A stretch of 63,971 nt of DNA, filler included, from Kipferlia bialata (taxonomy: Eukaryota), in assembly GCA_003568945.1 (NCBI GenBank). It is 3 parts of 2 records of this genome, joined end to end, with 100 filler letters (N's around TTAATTAATTAA, not from the genome) between each part and the next. Parts side by side here need not be neighbours in the genome. Positions count along the whole stretch, not along the records: positions 10,852 to 35,436 come from BDIP01000044.1; 2 more parts are not named here. One strand, given 5' to 3'. Under the pieces are notes generated by a model. It was not told the DNA's origin. It did not search any database and saw nothing but the letters and a program-made list of their open reading frames with translations. The position numbers were made by a program, and so were the translations under genes. Positions 10,908 through 23,700 of the stretch are shown piece after piece. Positions within the stretch are counted from its first letter, which is position 1; each line of letters opens with the position of its first letter.

Positions 10908-13098
10908 TACTCCTGTGGCTCTATCGTACTAAGACTCACGTACATATGTCCTGAGGTCTCTGTTGAACACCCGGGACACCCCACTGGCTCCTGATGTAAG
11001 GCATGGATGTAGTATGAATATAGAATAGGAGCTCATCCCAATGGTCACTATGTAGCACAGGTATACTGATACTGATACTGACACCCCACTGTCGGTAACT
11101 GTCCAAGGTACTTGGCCCCACGAGCCTCAAACAGAAGAACGCAACAACTTATGTATGTAGCACTGTTATGGTGAATTCTGGTAAAGTGCTATTACTAATC
11201 ACTGAGTGTTGAGTAACTTGCCTTCCTGGCGCCACTTCGCAAGGGGCGCTGGACCACGAGCCTCAAACAGAAGAGTAGACATGCGCGGTCAATGGGCCAC
11301 CCACACACAGTATGCAGTAGGACACTGGACTCCCTTCACAACTACAGCTCACTCCAGTCCTACTCCTGGACTCTGACTCTCTCTCTCGAGGATTACAGCT
11401 GTGCTGGTCACTCTGTTCACAACCACAGGTCACTCCAGCCTCGCTCGTTGTACTCTGACTCTGAAACAGCAACCCTTGCCGAGGCGCATTTCCGCTAGCG
11501 AACAAAGGGTTGGCTGTTTTTGAATTCTGATCAGTCAGTCTATTCGTGTTTATCGACTAGTCTGGTACGCGGCCCAGGAGGGGTCTGGTACATTGTTAAA
11601 GTTTCAGTAAGGGTACGTTTGTCGACCCAAATACGGTTGGAGTGTCTATCTGCCGTGGTCTCCGTGAGAAATAGTAGATCAAATATCTAGTGGACAAATC
11701 TTCCATGGCTCTGTAACTTAGCCCGAGTTCTTTGGTCCTCATATTTAAGAGGTGGCGAACAAAACTTAACCACCTGGTATCACAGAAGCTGATGGATCAG
11801 AGATAGAAACAATCAGTCGAACATACGATCATTGGCGGTACGCATAAGCAATTATAGAGAAAGACACGCAGTCAGAGTAGCAGTACTTCCTTCAGGATAG
11901 TCTACTTGTATCCTTCTGAAATGGGAAACTGAGACATCACACGAAGCCCCTTCGGCCACTTCCATGGCGACCGGTTCAGTGCAACAGTTGTCAATGGTTG
12001 TAGAGTAATTGTCAAACGTAGTGCGTACAGTAATACAAGTTCACTTCTTCTGGTTGACTTGACAGACTGTCGCTGACAGTCATTGACTATCTGTAGCTCC
12101 TTGTCCCCTCCACAATGGGTAGTCATTGTAACGTTACAGTACTGTGCATTAAGGGTGAATTCTTAGAGTAACAACAATTCGGACTCAGGACACTCTATGG
12201 CAGACTGAGTTGTCACTGACAAGTCAGTTGTGACAAACTTGTCAGCCAATCTGTTGGAAAGGTAGGTTCCTCCATAGCATCCGAATCATTTTGATCATCA
12301 GCCTTCATGGCTGTCAATCTGATTGTGGGTCCCGTAAGCTCCTAGTACACTAAGTGAAGCATATTTACATGCTATAGAAACCAATTGACCGAACGCCAAA
12401 TGAAATCGCCTGAGAAACTGTGAGAGCATCTTGGACGAAGGTCTTCAGTAGATCATATTTCTGTTCGGATATACATGTATTTGGTGCCAGGGAGGGACAC
12501 CTGGCGAGTATTCTTGAGACTCTGGAGTCCTAACGACAGTGTATTGCAAGTTCTTATAAAAACATGTCGTGTCACGGTATGTTCACCCTTTTGGACCATA
12601 CCGATACAAGATCGATAGAAATAGCTACGTTGGCAAACAGAAGGTGTGTAGCTGATCACTACTACTAGAGGCGTAACTCGACAGAATGACAGTCAGTAGT
12701 GCATAGGGTATTGGATTGATACTTCGGCACACTGGGAACTCCAATTTCCCCTTCCAACTTAGTGGACCTTCTAGCCGCTTACGGCTAATGCTTAACACCT
12801 ACTTCAAGCATTCATGTCAAATTCACAGAAGTGCAGTACTTTGGAAATACAAGAAAGCGATTGTACTGTGAATGGGTCTAGTACAAGAGAACTGAGGTTA
12901 GTATTCTTCATTGAAAATTGCACCCCTCCAGCCATGTATGAAGACTTCCCCAAAATATTGCCATTCTCGCGATTTCCATGGTATATACCATTCTTACTTG
13001 AAGTACGGCCAACACTAGAATCTATGTTCTTGCCCAATATCAGGCCACAATAATACAATAACAGAAACAATGAGAGTTCACACAATGTATGTGCGAAC

Positions 13099-16000
13099 TC
13101 ACTTCTTGTCACACAGAGTCTGGTATGCGTTGAATATGCTGTGCAGTCTGGCGCACTGTGTCCTGATGTCCTGGACCCCCTTCTCACACGACGCCACCAC
13201 CCGCTGGACCCCCTCTCTGTGCTTGCAGAGCAGGGCAGCCACTGCGTCAGACCCCTGGGCCAAGGCTGACTCAGCTGCGGCATAGGGAGACAGGCCATAG
13301 ACAAGGGCACTGGGCAGGATCTCCTCCCCACTGTCTACCTCGGGTGGCAGGGTGAGGTCGAAGGAAGGGACCTCAGATGGAGTAGGGGCGGGTGCTCCCT
13401 TAGGCTTCCCACTGGGGGGTCTTGCCTTAGACCCCTTGTCTCCCTTTGCGTCCTTTCCCTTAGGAGCTGCCACCTCCTCAGGCTCTGCATCCTCTGTTGT
13501 AAGGGCAGCCACCAGCTCGGCCTGACACGTGGACAGGGTCTGTGTCATGTGGGCCATCCAGTGTCTGGTGGCACCATACCCCGTCACCCTAGTGTCCTCT
13601 GTCTCTGCCTCACCTGGGACCAGGACACCCTCATCGGGTAGCGGGGTCAGCACCACTCTCCTCCCTGACTCATCAGCCTTGGCATCACTAGGCAGCGCAG
13701 CAGCACCTAGAGGAGTGCTGTAGAGGGTGGTGTCACCACCAGACACCTCAGGCACCTCTCCTAGGCACACTGCACAACCTTCACCGTACACCCAGGCCCC
13801 TGACCCCTCTGCCTCCCTGGTCTGGGGCGTCACTGCGCACACCCCCTCCCCCTCGGCCCTACCTTCCAGAGATGACCCCATCTCGGCACGGTAGAGACTC
13901 AGGACAGCCACCAGAGAGGCCACATGGGGGACGCGGCATGCAGACTGGTAGGCCTCCCCGGCCCACCCCATGAGGCTGGTGTGCATGGTGGAGAGCATGT
14001 GGGAGGCAGCCCCAAGGGTGCTGGACCTGGCGATGTCTAGCGCACTGCTGCCCTCACCTACAACACTGGAGGGGCCAAGGTTCTTCCTCACAGCACCCAC
14101 GGCCTCCTCGAAGGCAGAGGTCGCAGCCACCACAGCAGATGTCTGTTTCACCACACACTCCTCTATGCGGCTCTCCTCTAGCCTCAGAAGGTTCGCCATA
14201 GTCTGGGTAAGGGGATATAGAAGACGATAGGCAAACACACATTGAATTAGTACTGGCAACACCGATCCATAAATACGAACTAGAGTACACAAAGACGAGG
14301 ATAAATACCAACCTGACAAGCCGTTTCGTGCACTGCCCCCCTGTAGTGCCCCTCATAGCACCTGGACACGTCTCTGGCCAGCCCATCTCTCAGGGCCACG
14401 GTGTCATCGAGAATACCCACTGCCTCTTGCAGGGCCTCCACACTGATACCACCTGCGTCCTTGGCAGATGAGTCCTTGGAGGGCTTCTTCCCCTTCTTGG
14501 ACCCCTTCTGGTCAGGGGTGCCTGCCTCCCCCCCCATGGCCATGGACGACATGTGTCTGGCCAGGATCTCCACACTCAGGCCCACGGTACTGCCCAGAGA
14601 GTCCATGTCAGTGCATAGAGAGGACAGCATGGTGTTCTCGGACACAAGAAGGGGCCCGTTGGTGGCTGCGGCCCCACCCTTAGCCTTGTCTGCCTTGCCC
14701 TTCCCCTTCTTGCCCTTGCCCTTGTCGCCCTTGGTCAGTGCCGCACTCGCCCTCCCCCCTGCCTCTGCCTCTGCCACCTCCTCTGCCGCAGCCTCAGGCA
14801 GCACCCCCTGGCACACGCCCAGTCTGTCCCGCAGGATGGACGTCACATGGCCCTGCACGCCCTTCCCTAGACCCACATAGCCAGACACACGGGCCCTGGT
14901 GATGTCGTTACGCTCTGCCTCTCTCTCGAGGTCAATCACAGAGATAGCCTCCTCCCCAGACCCATCCTCCTCGTCCTTGGCTGCATCGCCCTCAGCAGCT
15001 GTGGGGTCTATGAGTAGGGGTGGAGACCCTCCCACACAGAGTGCCTCCTCTAGTTGTGTCTGTGTGTCCAGCACATGCATCAGGGCAGAGACAGAGGCAT
15101 CGCAGGCAGAGTCCAGGCCAACACTGTCATCCGATGCCCTCGCCCTCTGTGTCTGTGTGTCTGCCACCCTGGCCACATGGCTGAGGGCATCCCCCATCTG
15201 GCCTGCCTTGACCTGGGCTCGTTGCAGACACCGCTTGATCTGGATCTGGACCTCGGCATTGCGCACAGCCACGCTCTTCACATCCGCAAACACCTGCTCG
15301 GCAGTGGCGGTGCCTGGGGGTGAGTGGACGGGGGAGTAGGGAAACATCAGGACACACAATGGAGTAGTATTGAGTCATGTACCTAGCTCTGCCGCTGCCC
15401 TCTCCGCTGCCTCTAGGTCAGAGGCTAGATGGCTGAGGGCATCCTCCCGCAGCATATGGGCAGAGACCTAGGGGGGAGAGGCAGAATGTATGTATGGGAA
15501 CAGTAATTAGACACCGAAGAGTCTGCGTTTGAGAGAGAGGCATGCAACAAAGTACCACCACTCACCATGAGGGGGTGCTGCATCCCCATGCGGGAGTACA
15601 TGTTCCCCTTCTGGCCCCCCACTGTCTTGTTTGTGGTCTGGTCCACAACCCTCACCACACCACTCAGCTGGGCCAGGTTGCTACGCCACTTCTTCTGCAG
15701 CTGGGGCCGCACCTTAGCCCTCCACTGCTGGGCCACCCTCACCATGCTGCGCTCACAGGCACGAAGACGGGCAGCGGCTAGCTGGACCTGGGGTGGGTAC
15801 AGGTAGTGGATCCATAGGTAGGAGATAATGCCTCTGCCATTTACATAACCAAATGATAATGAAGAGACAATGGATGTGAGAAGTGTCCACCCACCTGCTC
15901 CCCCCCCGATCTGTGCTGTGTGCCAGGCATCATGCCCCTGACCGTCCTCTCGAGGGTCTTGGCCACAAGGTCAGTCAGAGACACCAGCAGAGAGGGGTCT

Positions 16001-19000
16001 GCCGCAAAGGTGGGCCTGGTGGTCAGGGCCGCGGTGGCCGTCACAGACAGCAGCTGGGGTGGGTCAGGGGTGGCCTGGGGGGTGGGGTCTGCGCCCTTAC
16101 CCCCACCAGGCACAGGCTCTAGAGGGGGTGGGGGGATATAGGAGAGCACCAGCCCAGCTGTACCGACAGACCGTGTGGGGTCCTCAGCCTCCACCCCCTC
16201 CTCCACCTCGGGTAGGACAGGGTGGGGGGTGATCACTTGGACGATGTCGGAAGTGCCAGCTGGGGAGTCAGAGAGAATTAGGCTGAAGGGCACATACATA
16301 CTGGACACATAACTACATATGAAATTATTGTAGGAAACCAGTACATAGCAGTTGGACTAATCACAAGCACCCACCCTCGTCTGAGTTGCAGCACATAGTC
16401 TTGTGGATGGGCACCACGACCCTCACCACACGGGCTCTGTTGCGTGACACTATGGCGTTCTCTCTCTTCTTCGCCTCCATGTCCCTGTTGGCCACATCCA
16501 CCACCAGTCTGGCCCTCATGGCATACAGCCTGGCAGCAGTGTCCTTGTGGGCTGCTGCTGCCCTCTGCATCCGCTGCAGACACTCCTCTCTGACGTGGTT
16601 GGACAGCCTGACATAGGCCGTGCCCAGACACTCCACTAGGCCCTCCAGCAGACACCTTGATGCCTGGTTGAGGGCGGGGAACCCAGCAGCAGGGTCGGAG
16701 GACTCCTCTGCCTCTGCCTCTGCCTCTGCCTCTGCCTCTGCCTGTGGCGCTGTCTCTGTCTCTGCATCATCTGCGTGGTAGTCTGCATGGTAGGGCCTGT
16801 GCTCTCCAAAGAGGATGGACGGCAGGGAGGGGAAGGGGGGCGACTCCTCCCTGGGTTCTGTCTCCTCCTCCTGGGCCTTGCCCTTGTCGCCCTTCCTCGT
16901 CTTCTTGGAGGCAGTGGTGGGCTTGGCCTTGGCCTTAGTCTCTGCCTCAGGCACGGCACCTACAGGCCACACCCTGGCCTCCTTGGGGATGTCGACCAGG
17001 GTCAGGGGGCCATCCTCCAGGTGGGCAACTAAGATGAGGGGGAGGGATAGTAAATGTATATATAGACTGCGGTATATTCAATCGTACCCATGTTGTAACC
17101 AATGGACTCTGGCAGGTCAGGAACGGAGCTTGTCAGAGGGCTTCTATCCTCCTCGACCGCCACTGCCTCCCTCACCCCCTGGTCGATCTGGTCCAACAGG
17201 GTAGGGGGTAGCTGGACGGCCTCCTCTGCCTCTGCCACCTCCTCATTGTCAGCCTCCCCCTCCGTTTCCTCGGCGCCTTCCTCTACCTCTGTAACCTTGT
17301 CGGCGTCACCCTCTGCCTCTGCCTCTCCTTCTGCCTCGGTGACCTTTGGTGCCATGGCAGCCCTGACACCCCCAAGGGCTGTCTCCACTGTCTGCACCTC
17401 GCCCCTCTGGTATATGACAGCACAGTACACACCCAGGGCATACTCTACCCCATCGGTCTGGCCAGGGAGGCGACACTGGGGGCAGAGGCAGGATATAGAA
17501 GTCAACAGAAGAGCGAGTAACATAGGAACCAATGTACAGGCACCAATACTACAGGTACTCAGTATATATATCCACCCACTATACCTTGATCCCGCCCTTC
17601 GAGTACTCGGTGGGTTCTCCAACCCCGGCCTCTCTAGGCACAGGACCAACGGAGGAGGGGAGAGTCTCGGAAGCCCTGAGGTGAGTGGAAACATGTGCGG
17701 AGATTAACACTCTAGAACAGCAGAGAGAAATAGCCATGAGGGTACACACACAGCATCTATAGAGGGCAGTGTCTGAAAATGCAATACTCGTAAAGATAAT
17801 ATCACACTTCTATACCTGTATGCCTCCAGTGCATCCTTGACTGCAGCCATGGCATCAGTCTGGTACTGCTTGCACTGGTGGTTAGACATGTATTGAGAGG
17901 GATAAAGAGACATCCCCTACCAGCATATACCCTACCACCACTCACCAGTGTCTCCCTAGCCTCCACCCACTCTGCACAGACTGGGTCATCCATGCCAACA
18001 GGGCCACGCTCAGCCTCGGCCTCTGCATCCGTCTCTCCCTCTCCCTCAGTGTGTTGAGGTGCCTCTATCTGCGCGTTGTACATGGCCAAGAGCTCTGTGC
18101 GTATCCCATCTGGCAACCCAGCTGAGACAACCGCAGGCTTGGGGGGCTTCCCCTTTGCCTTGGGGGCCTCCTTCCCACCCTCCTTAGTACTAGTATTAGT
18201 GTCACCTGGGAGGGGCACTCCCTCTGCCGCAAAGGGGGCAGCCAGTGTCTCGAGATGGAACACCCTTCCTAGCTCCTCCATGCACTGCCGGTGTGCCTTG
18301 TCCAGCCCCCCCTGTGCCCTCTGTGCAACATCCCTGGCGGCACTCAGCCTGGCCTCGTTGCCTGACTCCAGCAGAGCCAGGGCCCTGAGCACCTTGTCGG
18401 CCCTGCTCTCGTGGGGTATCAGCCCGGCCTCACCCACTGCAGGGGGGGCCTCTGTCTCTCTGTTCATGTTGACAGCCTCAGCCAGCAGTGCCTGCCCCTC
18501 AGACTCCCGTGCCGCAGCGTCGGTCTCAGCCGCCTCCAGCTGCTGTCGCAGCCCCTCCAGCCATGTGCCGTGCCCATCAAAGCAGGATGCTACGGCGTCT
18601 GTGGCCCTGTCTATGGCTGACCCAAAGGCCACCATGTACCTGACAACAGATAGGAACTGCCGGGTAGACGCCTTCTTACAGGCAGCCACCCTCTCAGACC
18701 ATGTGTGGCGGTATCTGTCTAGCCTCTCCTGCACATCCAGCACAAGAGGGGGGAGGGGGGTCTTCTCTCTCTCCCCCTCATCCCCTGTCTCCTCTGCAGA
18801 GGCTTCCTCGGGTGTGTAGTACCCCACAAACTGACACCGCTGCAGGAATGCCGCGTGGCTAGTGGCCAGGTCATCAAACACAGCTTTAAGGGTGGAGTCC
18901 AGAGCGGCAGAGGCATCGGAGGTGGCTGCCATGGCGGTGGACAGGCTGTTACGCAGAGACATCTCCACCTCATGCCTCCTCTCTCTGATCTTGGCCGCAC

Positions 19001-20260
19001 TGCCTGTCAGTAGAGTGCCCATGGTTAACTGGGTGCACACCTCCAGCAGATCAGAGCCCAGCACACGGATAGGTGCCGCACAGGCCTCCAAGGCCCCGAT
19101 GAGGGGCACAGGGAATGCCATGGCGTGGGAGAGGTGGTGGACCAGGTTCTGGTGGGACTGCTTGGCGGCTGCCTCGCACCAGCTCCTCTCCAGCAGCTGT
19201 CTGGCCTCTGCCCACCCTGCTATGTTGGCAGAGAGGGTGGACGCACACTCAGACAGCCGGGCCACTGACTGCTCCTGCACCTCAGCTAGGCCCTCCTGCA
19301 GACTGGCTGCCACAGCTGCGATGTCCTTGTCAATGTCAGCTGGGGTCAGGGAGCCCACCTCCACTAGGTCCAGGCGCAGCACCCCCTGCATCTTGGTCAG
19401 CACACTCTGGTGCCTATCCATGGCATCAGAGCACTCCACCCTCAGGGCCTGGGTCAGAGGGGGGGGGGGAATATGTTCTTTAATAATGAGATGTATTGTA
19501 TATATCTGTGTGAGTATATATCCACATGCCTCCAGTGTGCGGCCCATGCTGTCGCCCGTAGCATTGACCTCCTCAGTGATCTGGGCAGAGGGCAGCTCAG
19601 GGAGGGCGATGGAAGGGGGGGAGAGAAGGGTGAGTACAGCCGTGTTGGCCTTGTCAAGGGAGGATGTGTACTCCCCACTCCACTCCTTCAGGTCCTTGGC
19701 CAACTCCTGGGGTCATAATGAGGGAGAGAGAGAGAGAGAGAAAGAGTACCCCATGTCCTGACTGCTGACAGGACTATACAATACACCATATAAATGTACA
19801 CACAGCTACCAGGGGCACTCACCTCGGCCAGTGTTGTACCAGTCTTGAGGAATAGGGCCAGAGCTGCATTGTGGGCCTGTCTGCGTCTTTGCACAAGGGC
19901 ATGGAGACCACTGCTCTCAAAGGCAGCAGGGCTCCGCCTCTCTGTCAGTGCCATCACGCTCTCCACCGCACTTCTGTCCACAGACAGACTGTCATCAGGG
20001 GTGGCTCCAGTGGGTAACTCCCACTCAGCTGCCCGGAACTGGGTCTTGCTCCTGGCCCAGTCCTCTGTCCGCTGCCTGTCCTCACGTCCCTGGGCGATGG
20101 CCTTACGCACTCGGAGGGCCGCGGGGAAGGCCACCTGCCGGTCTGACCTCCTAGACTTCTTCTCCAGTGTCTCTGTGCGGCTGTGATGCAGCTTGCTAGA
20201 CTGGAGGAAGGGGTCGGCCTGGGCGCCACGCGACTTCGGTCGCCTCACCCCATCTGACAT
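13099..20260 (-). CDS. Large multi-exon coiled-coil protein, possibly CCDC180/CFAP76-like (DUF4455/DUF4456) axonemal protein
   Basis: Chain of long minus-strand ORFs (19688-20260, 17802-19703, 17029-17694, 16361-16972, 15841-16308, 15425-15745, 14280-15359, 13099-14319) joined by short GT-AG introns. Helical Ala/Glu-rich sequence with KGKK-type linkers. LRLDLVEVGSLTPADIDKDIAAVA resembles the CCDC180 N-terminal region as I remember it. The CDS is secure, the family is tentative, and the 3' end (TGA overlapping GTGAGT) is uncertain. Confidence 0.5.
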
Positions 20261-20711
20261 AGGTCAGATAAGTGAGCAACAGAGGCACAACGGTGGAATG
20301 TGTAAGGACGGCACCTCGAAGGATCTCAAATGGCAGAAATTCTCGCTCATAAAAGGGTTTATCTCAACACACATGTGACACATGAATCTTGACATGATTA
20401 GATCTAGTCTCACATCATGTATTAAACACACATAGTACAAGGAGACCCCCGAAAACGTGTCTATAGTTCTCGCTCCTGGTAGTACCAGGGCGCACGTACT
20501 TAATATTCACAAGAGGTAGTAGTAGCCTTCTGAAAACCGAGGGATAATATCTCAACCAAAACCCATACGGTGTGGGGCGTACCAAAAGAAACACAGGACA
20601 TTTACTCACTATACAGTCGAATTCACACGTCAATCACACGTCGAGGGTCAGAGTATCCAAAGTGAGTATATCGAATTTTGCCATTCAGTGGCCTATAGGA
20701 ACACAGCCTCT

Positions 20712-23700
20712 CTAGGCAGCGGCCTCTGCAGCCTCCACAGGTGCGGTGTGCAGGTACTCCATGAGCTCGGTCATGAAGGTCTCCATCACAGCCAGAGTCA
20801 CCCTCAGGGCCCAGGGCCGGGGCTCCATGGTAGAGCCGCGCTCCACCACCACGCGCACAATGATCTCCCTAGCCGCAGCCGGCAGCTCCTCGTTCCTGGC
20901 CAGCATCACCAGGAGGGGCACGAGGCGTCTGCTGTACAGGTTGGGGTAGCGAAGCTCGTTGCAGAGGCCGGACATGAGGAGGTACCTGCCCTCGTCACTC
21001 AGCTCAGTCAAGAGGGCAGACACAATCACTAGCTGGCTGGACACACGGTTGTTGGTACGGGTGATCCTGATTCCAATGGCCTCCAGCAGCTCTCTGTCAC
21101 ACACCCCACCTGGGCAGAGGTGCTGGTCGATGATGGTGCGGATGTAGGGGGTGAGGGGAGGGGAGAGGGCACTACCAACACGCATGGCGGCTCTGTACAG
21201 CTCGAGCAGGGTGGCTGTGAGGGCCTGGTTGCGGTGGATGGCAGAGAGGCCTGCAGAGAAGATGGACACGTGCTTCAGCGACTTGAGGCTGTCCAGCCTG
21301 AGGTTGACATCAACGTGGGGCTCCTCCACTCCAGGTGGGACTGCTGACAGCACAATGTTCCTGATGAATGCGGCACCGGGGGGGATGGCGTCTGAGATGA
21401 CAAAGTGCTGCATGACAAGGAACATGGGGTAGTCGGTGCGAAGGGTGTTGAGGAGCTGGCACGTAGCAGTGTACACGTTCTGCATCTCCGTGCCAGCCAT
21501 TGGCACCTCGGTGGCCAGGTAGGGCTTGAGCAGGCCCAACAGCTTGAGGAGCAGCATCAGGTACCCGGACTGGGCATGGGCAGGGGCTACGGCATAGCCC
21601 CCGAAGGAGTACGAGTCACCAAGCATGCCCCTAAGCAGGTCTGGCTGGGAGATGAGGTTGAGGTACAGGTGCACACGGCCTGGGGACAGGATGGAGCCGT
21701 AGAAGCGGCACATGACGCTGAGGAGGGGCACCCTCAGGTGCATCATCTCTGGCCTGTCCTGCATGGCATGCCTCACAAGCTCCCGGCACATGAGGGAGCA
21801 CAGCAGCTGGGCCCTACCCCCACCGTTCTGGGTGGTGACCACGGTGTTGAGGGCACGGATGAACCGCGAGAACTCCACGCACCGCCTGTACGTGAGGGTC
21901 TCCTCCTGGGTGAGGTTCGACAGGGGGCGTCCCTCCTCCGAGGTGACACCATGCACCCAGGCCAGGAGGGCGGGGGACAGGTCTGACACAGACACAGCCT
22001 CCAGCGTGTCAGCGGTGTGGCGGTGCACAAGGCCTGCCAGGGCAGCCACTGCGTCCATCTGGCTGTCGAGGCTGTCCTGGCCAGTCACCTTCTTGGGCAG
22101 TACCAGGGCCATCACCTGCCTCAGGATGTGGGACCAGATGTGACTGGTCTTGGCGGCAGTCGACCCAAGCCCACAGGCCTGCAGCCGGTGCACAAAGTGA
22201 CCTGTCAGGGCGTGCCTGAGGGCGTGGGAGGCAGGCATACGCTTGTAGGCGTGCACATACTCACTGAACACGTCCCCTGCGTCTCTGAGTGCCGGCTGGT
22301 CTGAGGCGAGAGAGGCCACCATCCGGACCCTGATAGTAGCCGAGTTGTCCTTCTCATCAGAGAGCACAGCATCGAAGCCAAGCACACCGGCCACACCCTG
22401 GCCTGAGCCTGTGAGCAGGGGGTAGGAGCCTGGGCTGGACAGCGCAGAGGAGGGCATCAGCTCGAGGCAGGACACAACGTCACAGAGAGCAGCAGACACC
22501 TTGGGGGGTGGCCTGCCCTCTGCCCTGCTCCTAGACACAGCCTCTACAGTGCGCACGGCAGTCTCCACCAGATACTCGGAGGCACACTGCCACTCAGTGT
22601 GGGAGCACCTCAGCAGAAGGCCAAGGGCGTTGGCCTGAGAGCCGGGGGGGCTCACAGCAGTGTTGAGGACGAAAGACGACACGCACACGGTGAGGGAGAG
22701 AGGGGGAACAGCAGATCCCACTAGGGCATCCACGAGGTGCTTCCTGAGGGATGTGTCGATGGCCTTGGCAGGAACGGCACCCTCGTTGACAAGGGCAGAC
22801 ACCAGGTGGCACAGGGTGCTGTCCGAGATGCTGCCCTCCTCGGTGGAGGCACGGGCGGCCACCTCAGTCTCGGCCAGAGACACGAGGGCCTCTAGGTAGT
22901 GCCTGCCATACTGGGCGCAGATACCCCCAGAGCGGGTGTGTCTGAAGGCTACCAGGGCACTGACAGCAGTGGACACATTGAGGAGACCGAAGGAGCCGGG
23001 CTCACCAGCAGCGGCTGCCTCGGCCTCTCCCTTGGTGATGACCTCCACTGCTAGCTTACCCACGGCCTGGGTCTTGCGGGCCCACCTGTTGCAGGCATAG
23101 CGCAGCTTGTGCAGAGATACGAGGATGGGGTGCTCGGAGGACAACATGGAGACAGAGAGGGTCTGGGGCTGGGAGGAGAGCTTGTTGGCGGTGGCCACCT
23201 GGCCCATGAGGGACGTCCACTCGGAGATGGGGGTACCCCTCTGGGTGTCCCTGTCGTGGAGCAGGGCAAGCATCCTCTTGCGGCGCAGGAGGAGAGAGGC
23301 CCCGACTGCGGCCCATGCGTCTCCTTGTTGGTGCTGGCTCTGACCCACGAGGGTGGCGAGGGTGGCCTCGATGGTGGGGGAGGAGGAGGGGCCGGTGGGG
23401 AGGAAGGACAGGGCGAAGAAGGAGGGGTTCGTGGCAGAGAACCTGCTGTCCTGGTGCAGTGCCATGCGGGTCTCGACAGACACAGACTGGGCAGAGGATC
23501 CATCCAGATAGGGGAACTCTGCGAATGTCTTAGTGTGCCTGGCCCTGTTCACCTTGACCCTGCTGGCCTCGGTGATGGTGGGGTGCTCGCTGTGCCTGTG
23601 CAGGATGTGTAGGTACACATCAACAAGGGGCAGGGAGGGCACATCGTTCCTAGGGGCAGAGGGCTGCACACCGTAGAGCAGCTCGGGAGGGAGCATGGCG

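Noticed and set aside
16707..16743. (TCTGCC)n hexamer repeat
   Set aside because: Ordinary coding microsatellite for an EAEAEA linker.
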